64,000 nucleotides of DNA from Candidatus Bathyarchaeota archaeon. GTDB taxonomy: Archaea > Thermoproteota > Bathyarchaeia > 40CM-2-53-6. Below are positions 1 to 10,450 of this stretch, piece by piece. The position numbers and the translations under genes were made by a program. Every line of letters starts with the position of its first letter. The first letter of the stretch is position 1. The stretch covers positions 1,738 through 65,737 of the forward strand of contig CAWAOH010000019.1 of NCBI GenBank assembly GCA_963783645.1. The letters run 5' to 3'. The notes beneath the pieces were generated by a model, which was not told the DNA's origin, did not search any database, and was given only the letters and a program-made list of their open reading frames with translations.

Positions 1-585
1 TTGACTACCAAAACTGGCCAATTCTGCCACGGGCACCCATCCGCTCGGAAGCTCGCTTTGGCCCAGATTTGACAACAGATACATCTTGAAGAAGTATTCA
101 CCTGCAACAATTGGCGCAACGACGCCATTTATTCTGACGTAATACCATTCGCCCCCCGTCGTGAAGTTAATGAATTGACGGAGCGTGTTTGCGTCAGCCG
201 TTACGGAGACAACAGTCCACCCTGGACCATACCTGTCTGAGATCGAGAGGCTCCTCACTGCGACGTTCGCATAATCATTGGTTACAGTTGAAACAACCTG
301 TTCTGGAAGAATATTATGAAACTCAGGTGGAATCATAATAGCCAAAGTATTCCATCCTCGATTGCTTGAGAAACCCGACGCTGAGAGAGCAAATATCAAG
401 TCACCAGTGGAGCCGACGAGTACACCATCGCCTGGCCACACATGGCCTATTAATCCTGAAACTTGAACATCAGACACCCTATATGACGACGGTCGGCTCA
501 GAGCCTGAGCACCGTGAACTGAAACAGGTGCGTTGCTGATGACGAATAATGCGATCATCAGCATCGCTAAAGGTCTCATGCGCAT
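1..585 (-). CDS. Secreted surface protein, paralog of the giant protein at 14703-19402 (partial, runs off the window start)
   Basis: Manual translation, absent from the ORF track: MRMRPLAMLMIALFVIS...GHVWPGDGVLVGSTGDLIFA...QVVSTVTNDY...GEWYYVRINGVVAPIVAGEYFFK...QNWPVLVVK. These motifs recur in the 18128-19402 segments. One frameshift near the left edge. Confidence 0.85.
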   Translation of the reverse strand, partial: MRMRPLAMLMIALFVISNAPVSVHGAQALSRPSSYRVSDVQVSGLIGHVWPGDGVLVGSTGDLIFALSASGFSSNRGWNTLAIMIPPEFHNILPEQVVSTVTNDYANVAVRSLSISDRYGPGWTVVSVTADANTLRQFINFTTGGEWYYVRINGVVAPIVAGEYFFKMYLLSNLGQSELPSGWVPVAELASFGSQ

Positions 586-770
586 GCACATTACGCATTT
601 GGCTCTTACATATTAACGGATGGAGAGTTGTTACAAATTTCCTAATAGCAACAACCTTATTTCATTTAGACACCCTAACAAGTCGCCCTACGCTTCTTTC
701 GTCGATTGTGCCAGAGATTCGCTTAGAATCATACGAATTGTTTCCGGTATGGAATGCAGATAACGGTGTG

Positions 771-828
771 GGCATCAGAAGTTGAACCGTCATTTTGGTG
801 TGTGTGGGGCTAATGGTGCGCACCATTA
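771..828. repeat. Copy of GT-rich palindromic repeat unit (TTGAACCGTC...TTTGGTGTGTGTGG...TGGTGCGCAC)
   Basis: Matches units at 2480-2631 in both orientations; ends in the palindrome CTAATGGTGCGCACCATTAG. Confidence 0.75.
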
Positions 829-1066
829 GAGACATCTCTTCATAGTTGAACTATGCATGGCATAAAATCGGGTAACACGCACTATATCGCAAATTAGCAG
901 TCATCTCTTGCGCTTCGCTTTCGATCTATTTCGTTTTATCAATTGCTTGGTTATGCGTGGGTCACCGAGTGAGGTTGCCTTGGGGGGGGTGCGACACCAC
1001 CAGTCTATGCGATAGCTAGCGCTATTCACTCAAATGCGTCGCCTATGACCGCCTCAACGGAACGCC

Positions 1067-2341
1067 CTAGGTGCTGAGCCTAATCTTGATGGGGTCAGTG
1101 AACAGGAGCTTCACATCATTGGTGCATTCGATCTTGCCAGCATCTCGCAGGTAGTACTTGATGTATATCGTCCGGTCGGTGAGATCCATGACGAATGTCC
1201 ACATGGTTCGTAGGGGGTAAGGGATGTGGGCTCCTGCCTCTTCCGCATCGTCGGTCGCGCCGTAGACTTTGCTCATGATCTGGAAACAGTCGTCCACAGT
1301 GAATTTGCCTTGGTGCGAATCGACGATGTCTTGTACGGTACGGAAGCGGTTGAAGGTGTTATAGTTGGCCTTCGGGTCAGTACTAGGGAAACTGGTCACA
1401 GCCGGATAGAGGTGCACGGCATGGTTAGTGACGACTTGCGGTTTCCCTTCGTTGCTGTCTACGAACACATACTCGCCAGTCTTGCTGTCGATCTCGAAGA
1501 TCGTCGAGGCACCGGTGGGATCGCTGATGATCCAGTGTATAGCTTCAACGGGAAAGAAGATGCGTTGTTGCAGGATCATGAGTTTGGCCTCCTTCACGGT
1601 TCTGCAGCGGTTCATGAGCAAGCTGATAATGTGCATCTGACCTAGACCCGTGTTGTGGCCGCCAACGAAGGGGGTCGGTTCTCCAGGACCCTGCTGGTCG
1701 ACCAACGAGTCTGCGAACAGTCCGTGCTCGTTGATGCCGTCCAACTGGAAATTGAGGAGGTCCATGCCGGTCGTCTGCATACTGGCATAACCCTGATCGG
1801 GGTAGAATTCCGCGATGAAGCCATGCTTACCCATCAGAGGCGCCCCTGCGTACTTCTTTCCGGTGAACATTTCCATTGCACTGACTATGTACCATTCGTA
1901 GTTACGGCCGACTAGCGTATGACCATTGGCTGTAGTGTTCGGTGGGAAGGATACACTGGTGCAAGCGAACGAGCCGACGTCGTACGGCAGGACTGTGGTG
2001 TCGTGGTCAGTATCATCCTCGGTGAGGTTGAACGCATCCGCAACGCCTATGGAACGTTCATACAACGCCGGGAAGTTGTCTTTGAGGTAGATCTTGCACG
2101 CCTCTCCGTAAGTCGAATCGGTGTACTTCGCGAGTTTACTGACTCCAAGGTCTCGGCGGGCGATCTCAGCAAGGGTTTTACCGATCTCCCGATTGGAGCC
2201 TCGCAGAACCAAGTGGCGAATCTCTTGGAAATTCTCAGGGGCCTGTGGAATCAGAGTCTCGTCTTTGATGAGCAACGGTTCTTTAGCAGTCCCAGTAGTT
2301 GATAGTGTCACACTAGAAATTGCTGATCTGCTGTGCTGCAT
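1067..2341 (-). CDS. Peptidase C45 / acyl-CoA:6-APA acyltransferase-like Ntn hydrolase
   Basis: Propeptide followed by autocleavage Cys motif FAC-TS, LVGRNYEW, DGINEHGL and VVTNH. Confidence 0.8.
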   Translation of the reverse strand: MQHSRSAISSVTLSTTGTAKEPLLIKDETLIPQAPENFQEIRHLVLRGSNREIGKTLAEIARRDLGVSKLAKYTDSTYGEACKIYLKDNFPALYERSIGVADAFNLTEDDTDHDTTVLPYDVGSFACTSVSFPPNTTANGHTLVGRNYEWYIVSAMEMFTGKKYAGAPLMGKHGFIAEFYPDQGYASMQTTGMDLLNFQLDGINEHGLFADSLVDQQGPGEPTPFVGGHNTGLGQMHIISLLMNRCRTVKEAKLMILQQRIFFPVEAIHWIISDPTGASTIFEIDSKTGEYVFVDSNEGKPQVVTNHAVHLYPAVTSFPSTDPKANYNTFNRFRTVQDIVDSHQGKFTVDDCFQIMSKVYGATDDAEEAGAHIPYPLRTMWTFVMDLTDRTIYIKYYLRDAGKIECTNDVKLLFTDPIKIRLST

Positions 2342-2460
2342 ACTTCAGAAACCGCCGCCGATTCAAACTGGAACGGAGGTACTGTTGTGGCATTCGAATT
2401 TAGTGTTTTGTGACGGTTTTCTGATAAGTCTGAATTGCGGTCACTCATGTTTTCATTTGA

Positions 2461-2655
2461 ACTCTCATCCGTCGTCGTAAAAGTGTGTGTGTGTGGTATT
2501 AGTGGTGCGAGCACCGTAATTTGAACCGTCAATTTTGTGTGTGTGTGCGCACCAGCTATACCACACACCAAACGACGACTGACGACGGTTCAAATTCTGC
2601 TGCTAGCACTTTGATTACCACACACACAATTAGTCGGACTACGACGGAAGAGAGT
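2461..2655. repeat. ~195-bp imperfect palindrome built from the GT-rich repeat unit
   Basis: Arms pair as ACTCTC/GAGAGT, CCGTCGT/ACGACGG, TGTGTGTGTGGTA/TACCACACACACA and AATTTGAACCGTC/GACGGTTCAAATT. Confidence 0.85.
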
Positions 2656-2768
2656 AGACTATTCAACGAGAAAGCCTAACCGACCTATCTAAGGAACTTA
2701 AGGAGAAGTGTGTACCAATTCAAGCAAACGCTAGTACCGGTAGGTTTGAGCATTGCTATAGGAGGAGA

Positions 2769-4891
2769 TTAGTTTCTGATCGAGTTGATTGCCGTCGAAA
2801 CTATCACTCCCGACAGCAGCATTGATGAGACAACTATCACGGGAGCAACGAGCATTAGTATTGCGGACGACAGGACTTCACCTACAAATAAGCAAGCTAT
2901 CGTGATCAGTAGGGTCACGCAGAGCATTCTTGTAACTTTAGCTGCTTCGCGTCGCCGTTGAAGCTTCGCTCGCATCAGACTCAGTGGCAACCCAATATAT
3001 ATCGCTCCAACCAAGCAACTTGCAAACAGACCCGACAGCAAAACTCCCAGTTCAGGATATGTTGACATGGCTGTGAAGAGGTCTGATGCAAGGAGTAACA
3101 CTGCGACCATTGGGTAGAGGACTCCCTTCATTATCATTCGTGATGCTGCATGGGTTGTGAGATAGGTTGCAACGTACGGACTGAATGAATAGTACCATGC
3201 ATTGAAGACGATCATGAAACTGGCGCCGGCTTTGGTCTTTTGAACGGAGTTATCACGAAAGCTGCGTAGAATTTGAACCTCAGGACTCAACTCGGATCCA
3301 TAGGTTGCCGTCGCTATTAGGCACTGAGGTGCAGGGATTCCAGTGGCGGTGTTGATCATGATAGCCACATTAGTTGCGTGACTAAAGACGCGCTGGTACC
3401 TGTTACAATTAGCGTAAATGAACCCGTCGAGGATGTTGGGGAGGCGTTTACTGTTAAAGTGGATGTAGCGATTCCTCCCGGTAACGGAGTGATTGGCCCA
3501 GGTAGATCAATCGAGATACCTGATGGCGCAGCCGTCATCCAAGAGTAACTCAGAAACACTGCAGATCCGAAGTCGTTAAGTGAAGTGACCGAGACCTTTG
3601 TAGCAGCGGTCGATCCCTGACTCAGTGACATGGTCGAGGACATGACGATTGAGAAGTCAGGGGTTACCGTGCGACCACTAGAAATCGTGCTTAGCGTCGT
3701 GGTTGATCCCGTAGCTAATTGCACTCGAACCGTTACGTTGAAAATGTGACTGAGCGATCCGCTCGTTCCTGTAATCCTCAATTTGAACAAACCAGCTGAG
3801 GCATTCAAACTTCCGGTAACGAATAGTTGCGTAGTGGCATTAGTGCCAGGAGAGGGAGTTGCCGGGTGGGGAGGAATGAATGATAGACCTACCGGGGGCG
3901 GGTTAAGCCATGATGCTGTGAATGACACGGTTAAGTTGAAGCCGTTGATCGAACCAACTGAGATCTTGGACGCGGAGCTTCCACCCTGAGTTACAATGAT
4001 CATCGTGGGATCGGCTGAAATTGTGAAGTCACCGAGCACAGTTACAATGAGGGTGAGAGTTGAAGTTGGATGCTGTGATCCGCTAATTCCAATGATGGTG
4101 ATAGGATATGTGCCAACGGTCGCATTCGTGGCTACCGATATCGTTACGGCCGTGCTTGCTGATCCTCGTGCAGGTAGAGTCACCGAATTGCTGTCGAATC
4201 TCACGGTCACGCCCGCGGGTACATCTCGTACAGTGAGGTTAACAGATGCATCAAAACCTCCGAAAGATGCCAATTTGACAGTTGAACTTCCGGAAAGGCC
4301 CGGAGCCACAGTTAGTGTTGCAGGGGTGACTTCCATAGCAAAGGTACCAGAAAACTCCATAAACTCGAAATTAGCACCATTAAGAAGCGGGACTCCTCCC
4401 GAATATCCGTATCCTGCATAAGCTACAGAGCAATAATTCCAGTTTATTCCAGCTGAAGGTGAGTTATCCGTCAGGTCGAGTGCGTAGGTTTCACCTGGCG
4501 TGACCTGAACACCGTTGTCAAAGGTCACGTTAAACCAGTCGCCATTAGTTGCGAGACCAAATTGGGGAGGAACTATGAAATCCTTTGATGCGAGGAGGTC
4601 TCCTCTAATTCCTCCCGAGAGAATCTTGGCAGTCATAGAAGTATTTTCGCTGATCGTAGAATAGAGATTGAGAGAGAAACTCACAATGTCGGTTTCAGTT
4701 GGAGTAAAGGTTTGACCTAAAGGCGTATTGTATGCCTCTCCGACCGCCGCGAGATATCCCCCTCCACCGGCGTTGCAGTGTTGGTCGACGAATGTTGTCA
4801 CCGCCTGCGCGGGGGCAGGTGTTCTTAACGATATTAAGAGAAAGAGGAGCACAACTGGCAGACCGACAGCTGCACGAGGGTTCATATCCAT
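2769..4891 (-). CDS. Secreted Ig-like repeat surface protein with C-terminal CFI-box-CTERM domain and multi-TM tail (frameshift near 3360)
   Basis: Signal peptide; three DF.IS..P...T.T repeats; downstream ORF begins CLIATATYGSELSPEVQILRSFRD...FNAWYYSFSP. Confidence 0.8.
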
Positions 4892-4995
4892 ACACAGTTC
4901 TCGAAGTGGCTATTTGTTGATTTCCATCCAAGATCAGCCCAGCACGAGCTCAGTTTCTCCTCAAGACCCAAGTTGCGCGCATCCTAATCGTTGAT

Positions 4996-5304
4996 TTACT
5001 TAACAAATCCTGAGTTCTGAAGCCTTTCTATTGTTTTTGCTTGGACAGTGAAATACAACCTTTGGTTGGCCGATTTCCGGAGATAGTGAAGTGTGCTCTT
5101 TCCTATCCCAAGCTTCCTCGCATCAATCTGTCTTAGGGCAAGAATTCCTTCTCTAATCGCACGTTTGTCTGTCCTCTCAAGAAGAGGGATGGGCTCATAG
5201 AAATCAAGCCTGCGACACCGATCACTCAGGTATCTTCCCAGTTCACTCACCTTCTCCTGAATCACCGTATCCCATTTCATCATACGACCCTTGTAACTGA
5301 CGCT
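4996..5304 (-). pseudogene. cas1: C-terminal remnant of a casposon-type (solo) Cas1 with HTH tail
   Basis: SVSYKGRMMKWDTVIQEK..ELGRYL..LDFYEP..ERTD..ARKLGIGKSTLHYLRK resembles the casposase C-terminus; the catalytic N-terminal part is absent. Confidence 0.65.
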
Positions 5305-5589
5305 ATATCGTCGTGCGGGTAAGTGAATTCTAGCGGCAAGTTCGTGTGAACGACTCGTAGCGACGTTTTCCGAGTTGTATCAAGAAGTTATAATAATCTT
5401 CGCGCTGATCCTTCACCGCGTGAATTAATTGTCGAAGCTTGACTATCAGGAAATCGGACCAAGAATCGGAGCCCAGATCGTTGACGGCATCATTCTCTGA
5501 TATCTAGGTCAGATAAGAAACAGCGACTTGGCGATAAGCTAGGAAAGACAGTAGTCGTCAAAGCATAATGAGTAATTCACACAGTAGGT

Positions 5590-6024
5590 CTATTCCTTTA
5601 GCGTGTTGAAGCAGACGCAGGTAACTGTCCTCATAACACCTTTCATCTCCCTCAGCTTGTCAAGCACTAGTTTACCCAGTTCTTCCATTGATCCAGCCCT
5701 AACCTTCAGCATGATATCCCACTCCCCAGTGATCAAGTGAACTTCTGCCACTCTCGGCAATTGGCCTATTTGGATGCCGAGATTTCTCTGAGAGACTGTC
5801 CCCGGCATGAAGGAAACAAAAATGAACGCAGTCACCGGCCGTCCGAGTAGCGAATAATCGGGCTGCGCAACGAATTTTCTGATAACTCCGCTCCGTTTCA
5901 TCCTCTCAATTCGTTCTTGAACGGTTGCCCGCGGGATTCCCAGATCGTTCGAGATGTCGACCACAGATTTCCGAGCATCCTCCATTAGCACATCCAGAAT
6001 CCTACGGTCCTTCGCGTCGATCAT
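5590..6024 (-). CDS. Lrp/AsnC family transcriptional regulator
   Basis: IDAKDRRIL..L.EDAR HTH and VHLITGEWD RAM domain. Start 6024 is preferred because of TATA spacing. Confidence 0.95.
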   Translation of the reverse strand: MIDAKDRRILDVLMEDARKSVVDISNDLGIPRATVQERIERMKRSGVIRKFVAQPDYSLLGRPVTAFIFVSFMPGTVSQRNLGIQIGQLPRVAEVHLITGEWDIMLKVRAGSMEELGKLVLDKLREMKGVMRTVTCVCFNTLKE

Positions 6025-6030
6025 GTTTCT

Positions 6031-6107
6031 TGGCAATATGCCAGGTTTCATTAAAGTTTGCGGTTGTTTTCCGGCAGATTGCGGTTTTCTGCGGCAAAAT
6101 GCTTATA
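6031..6107. promoter_or_regulatory. Divergent lrp/asnA promoter with tandem operator-like repeats
   Basis: TTGCGGTTGTTTTCCGGCA and TTGCGGTTTTCTGCGGCA lie between two opposing TATA-like boxes; palindrome TGGCAATATGCCA is also present. Confidence 0.55.
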
Positions 6108-6132
6108 GTGAAAACCATTCACCCCGAGCATT

Positions 6133-7111
6133 ATGTCCTTTGATACGGGGATAAGGCTGTCGCTGCAGGAATTGCCGAAGCCCTTAGACCAATTGTCCGT
6201 TAGTGAACTTGAAAGAAGACGCCAGATCTCTGCGGTGACAACCCGAGTACTACGATACCTCACTGAAAAGTTCACATCGTTAGGATTCGAATGGACACTT
6301 CCTGTGATATTCTCGAAATCTACTGACCCACTGTGGCCGGATCCGGGAGCCTCGATAGAGAAACGGATCGAAGTCGAAATGTATGAGGAGACAGTGCGGA
6401 CAACGCTCAGTATGATAGTTCACAAACTTGTCGCATGCTCTCTAGTTTATTCCAAGCTGTTTGCGATCTCACCCAACGTACGCATCGAGAAAAGGGAACG
6501 AAAGTTCACTGGTTGGCACCTCTACGAGTTTACACAGTTAGATTTCGAGGCAAGGTCCGCGTCCTCGAAGGATATCATGGAGCTAATCGAGGTAATCCTT
6601 CAGGGCATGATGGAGCATTTGAACGCTGACTGCAGTGAAACATTGGGCTCTCTCCGAAATGAGAAGCTCAGAGTTCCAACGACGCCCTTCGATTCCTTCA
6701 ACAGAGAAGAACTTGTCAGTAGGTACGGCAATGAGTGGGAGTCCGCGACTCCCGATAGAGATTCACGACCCTGTGTGGGTCACGAACATACCTAGAGAGT
6801 TTTATGATTATCAGGACCTTCAAACCCAGAAGTGGGATAACTACGATCTGTACGTGCCAAAATATGGTGAGATCCTTTCGGGATCTAAGCGGGAATGGGA
6901 GTACGATAAGATCCTTACGAAGATGGATAGAGACCAGGTTCCGAAAGAAAACTATGCACTTCTTCTTAGGCTAGCAAGAGAACACCGGTTGAAGCCCTCC
7001 GCGGGCGCTGGGATAGGACTTGAGAGACTCGTGAGCTGGATAGTGGGTGTGAAGCACATAGCCGAAGTTCAACCGTTTCCCAAGATACCTGGAAACGTAT
7101 ACGACCTCTAG
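6133..7111 (+). CDS. asnA: Archaeal AspRS-like asparagine synthetase A (frameshift near 6745)
   Basis: STDPLWPD, SMIVHK, SPNVRIE, HLYEFTQLDFE, GEILSG and SAGAGIGLERL; no anticodon-binding domain. Confidence 0.9.
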
Positions 7112-7282
7112 ACTGAATAAACCCCTTCGATTCTGGTCTATCTCATCTAAGCGCCCATTTTTCTCCCCAATGGAGCGCACTGTCAATCCTTCACATATTT
7201 CTTCAGCAGTAAATTTCACAGTCAGATTTCGGAACTCGGTCCATGTTTCCTTCTGCGGAGGGCTAGCAGCATCAGACTACAA

Positions 7283-8283
7283 CTATTGCTGCGACAGCAG
7301 CGATGTGATTGCTATCGGGATCGTATAGTCTGTTGTCCATTCTGCTGTCCATGTGCGCGGGCTGTTCATTTGAAGCGTTGCAGTATTTGATGTGGTTTTG
7401 AGTTGATTGTTCTCGAACCATCCTTCGAAATGAGTCTTGGCTCCTAACATGCCGAGGAGTCCGAGGGAGAGTTGAGGGGTAACCGAGATTTGAACATTAG
7501 ACCCTTCATAGTACCAGTCAGCACCCGTAGCGTTTACAGGACTGATTAGTGTGAGTTTGTATTCTTTGATATATTCAGCGGCCAGTACTGTGTCGATCTC
7601 CAGATTATCTGTCCGGTTTAGTTGCGTAGAAGCGTCGCTCCACCCGCCGAACACTAGCCTTGTGGAGTCGTCGAGTGATGTCATGTTCGGAACGGAAATT
7701 GCATGGACTCCGGGCGCAAGATTAATGGAAATACTACCTGGAGGTTGTTGTTTGCCGTCAATCGTCACTGACACATTATCCAGCACGGTGACCTTTAGCG
7801 TAAGTATAGTCCCGCCTTTTATGATGAATCGTTGTGTGCTTATCGAATTGGGGATGACTTCCCCGGTAGAGTTCAGAGGCCTATAGTCGCTCCGAGATTG
7901 TAGATGCGTGCGTGGGTAGAGATTGTGAGTTGGAAGACGATGTGTTCGCTTCCTGAAGTTGCGTTCAGTCTCCAACCACATAACGGCGTAGTGCTATATT
8001 TTTCAGGAAGAGGTATGCACGCCTCTGACGTTGCTGATACTGTCCCAACAGCGAATCGTCTATAGTCCAAATCCTCTATCTCCGCAAAGAGGATATCGCC
8101 CTTATGCACGCCGGAGAAAGTAATGTCGAAAGTGACGGGGGCTGTAGGATTGGTCACCCGTTGGGTCGGATAGGATAGATTCTGCATTTGGATGCTTGCT
8201 GATTGGGCGTGAACTATTGAAACGGCATAGCTTGAGAAGAGTACAACAACCAGCATCGCAATTGTGATCTGCTTTCGTCCCAC
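7283..8283 (-). CDS. Secreted/membrane-anchored protein with GW-repeat modules (frameshifted)
   Basis: Signal peptide in the 7873-8283 ORF; FGGWSD, GADWYYEGS and QMNSPRTWTAEW repeats; start of a C-terminal TM. Confidence 0.7.
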
Positions 8284-8449
8284 GGAGTATCCCTAACGAC
8301 AACGACACATGTATGTTAATACTATTTCGCACTATTTTCCATACACAACCACATCCTGATCAACAGAACAAGAAATCTAATGAGGTGAACGCAATCGATG
8401 ACCACCACAGAGTTTGATAAAATGAAACTGAACCGAAGAAGAGTCCGAA

Positions 8450-8673
8450 GTGAACATCACCCTAGTGTGCGCACTACTAGAGTTGATCTCGGACTTCTGG
8501 TCCTTGCCCGAAAACCAATCTGGTGCCCGTATCAATAGCACTAGGACTAACCGATGCCTGTAAGCTGAAAGCAACGATCGTTCCTGTAATCACCCACGTT
8601 CACTGCCCTTTTAACGATTGCAGGCTCGCTCTCATCCCACCCCTGAAGGGTGTAGGTTTTCCCGCTCGCTTTG
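8450..8673 (-). mobile_element. Non-autonomous IS200/IS605 remnant (left end plus first tnpB codons; possible degenerate right end)
   Basis: ~8551-8678 is near-identical to 38145-38272, including the subterminal hairpin and the TTTAT flank; ORF starts MLSAYRHRL like tnpB (MLSAYRYRL). Confidence 0.85.
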
Positions 8674-8734
8674 ATAAATGAAACGAAATTCAGCAGGGAT
8701 AAATGATTCGGAGCAACATTTGCAGGTGAGTAAC

Positions 8735-9817
8735 ATGAGCAAGACGAAAGTGGGTGTCTTAGGCGCGACGGGGATCGTCGGGCAGATGTACATCAAATTG
8801 CTTGAGGACCATCCGTGGTTTGAGGTAAGCTACGTTGCAGCCTCCCCAAGATCCTCAGGAATGAGGTATTCAGAGGCTGTTGAAGGCAGGTGGCACATGC
8901 AGACAGGAATACCGAATGATGTGGGACAACTCAAAGTTGAGGATGCAAACACGGTTGACAAAGCTCTCGGAAAATGCAGCTTTGTATTTTCAGCGCTTGA
9001 GATTGAGAAGCAAGCTATCAGAGATCTCGAGAACACGTACGCGCAGAATGATATCCCAGTTGTATCCAATGCATCTGCGCACAGATGGACAGAGGACGTT
9101 CCCATGTTGATACCTGAGATAAACTACAGCCATCTAGAGATCATACCCATCCAGAAAAAGAATCATGATTGGAAAAAAGGATTCGTGGTTGTGAAACCAA
9201 ACTGCAGTCTCCAGAGCTACCTCATGCCCATCTACGCTCTTGAGAAGGGGGGATTCGAAGTAAGGCGGATCATTGTCACAACGCTACAAGCTCTTTCAGG
9301 AGCAGGCTACCCGGGAGTACCATCGCTTGACATGATTGATAATGTTGTGCCATTCATCGCTGGTGAAGAAGAAAAATCAGAGAAAGAGCCTCTCAAGATA
9401 CTGGGGAAAATTGAGAAGAATAAGTTCGTAAATAACGACTCGATAAGGATATCCGCACACTGCAATAGAGTTCCGGTTCTTGACGGACATACCGCTTGCG
9501 TAAGCGTTGAGTTCGGAGAACGAAAGCCCTCTAAGGAACAAATAATCCAGATATGGCGCGAGTTTAGATCCTTGCCGCAGGAACTGAAACTTCCTTCCGC
9601 TCCTGAGCAACCGATAATCTATCGCAATGAAGAAAATAGGCCTCAGCCGAATAAGGACAGAGACAACGACAAAGGGATGGCGGTCACGGTCGGGAGACTT
9701 AGAGAATGCAATGTCTTTGACTTCAAATTCGTGGGGCTGTCACACAATACCATAAGGGGGGCTGCGGGTGGAGGAATACTCAATGCTGAGTTATTGAAAA
9801 TCAAAGGATTTCTCTGA
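8735..9817 (+). CDS. asd: Aspartate-semialdehyde dehydrogenase
   Basis: GVLGATGIVG, KPNCS catalytic Cys, QALSGAGYPG and HNTIRGAAGG. Confidence 0.97.
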   Translation: MSKTKVGVLGATGIVGQMYIKLLEDHPWFEVSYVAASPRSSGMRYSEAVEGRWHMQTGIPNDVGQLKVEDANTVDKALGKCSFVFSALEIEKQAIRDLENTYAQNDIPVVSNASAHRWTEDVPMLIPEINYSHLEIIPIQKKNHDWKKGFVVVKPNCSLQSYLMPIYALEKGGFEVRRIIVTTLQALSGAGYPGVPSLDMIDNVVPFIAGEEEKSEKEPLKILGKIEKNKFVNNDSIRISAHCNRVPVLDGHTACVSVEFGERKPSKEQIIQIWREFRSLPQELKLPSAPEQPIIYRNEENRPQPNKDRDNDKGMAVTVGRLRECNVFDFKFVGLSHNTIRGAAGGGILNAELLKIKGFL

Positions 9818-10027
9818 TATAAACAGGACGAGGACGCAAACCCCTGAACTTCAGGGCATAAGTCGAGCATAAGTAAGGAGAGAGACGAGTAAAGACTACG
9901 AGCTGTTCACCTTTTCCCGTACGTAAACGGTGTTTATGGGCTGAAGGTTCCGGTCGAGTTCTGCGATTAAATCCTATTAACTGGTTTAGTACTTCTATTA
10001 GTACAATCGCTTGGTTGGATTTGGATT

Positions 10028-10450
10028 ATGCAGCTTAGGATCCTCTTCTTGGGGGCAGTCGTGCTTCTTGCGCTGAGTCTGCCAAGCGCTAGTGCATTGC
10101 CTCCGTGCCTAATTCAAAATATCAATTACACTTACCCCTCCTCGGTAACGGTGGGGCAACAGATCACCGTCAAAACACATCTACAGGCGACATGCGTGCA
10201 GTGGCCTCCGTATGCAATAGCGTACAGTATCCGCGTCGACCTATCTGACGCTGACACGCCCATCGTTCACTCGACGATTACGTATCAGGTTGGGTACTCT
10301 CAAACATACATTGACACAGTCTTCCCTAACACTGCTCAAGCGCCCGCTTCTCCGGGCACGTGGGGGCTCAGAGTCGACGTCTATCTTTGGGGTGGAAGCG
10401 GCCAATTGCTCATACATGCAGTGGACTATGCAAAGCTTCAAGTCGGGTAG
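10028..10450 (+). CDS. Small secreted protein with a Cys-bracketed beta domain
   Basis: Signal peptide; C..N..YP...QQI.V.T....C...Y..RVDL.D shared with 21838-22419. Confidence 0.75.
   Translation: MQLRILFLGAVVLLALSLPSASALPPCLIQNINYTYPSSVTVGQQITVKTHLQATCVQWPPYAIAYSIRVDLSDADTPIVHSTITYQVGYSQTYIDTVFPNTAQAPASPGTWGLRVDVYLWGGSGQLLIHAVDYAKLQVG

Noticed and set aside
2308-2571. ORF with HTHT repeats
   Set aside because: It is the translation of the GT-rich palindromic repeat, not a plausible protein.
771-5304. CRISPR array near the Cas1 remnant
   Set aside because: The repeats are inverted and irregularly spaced, with no repeat-spacer periodicity.
5434-5500. RDD-family-like fragment (DYQEIGPRIGAQIVDGIIL)
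   Set aside because: About 20 codons ending in a stop; too short to support.
8678-8734. N-terminal extension of asd
   Set aside because: The upstream ATG overlaps the IS flank; GGTGA precedes the ATG at 8735, which matches the family start.
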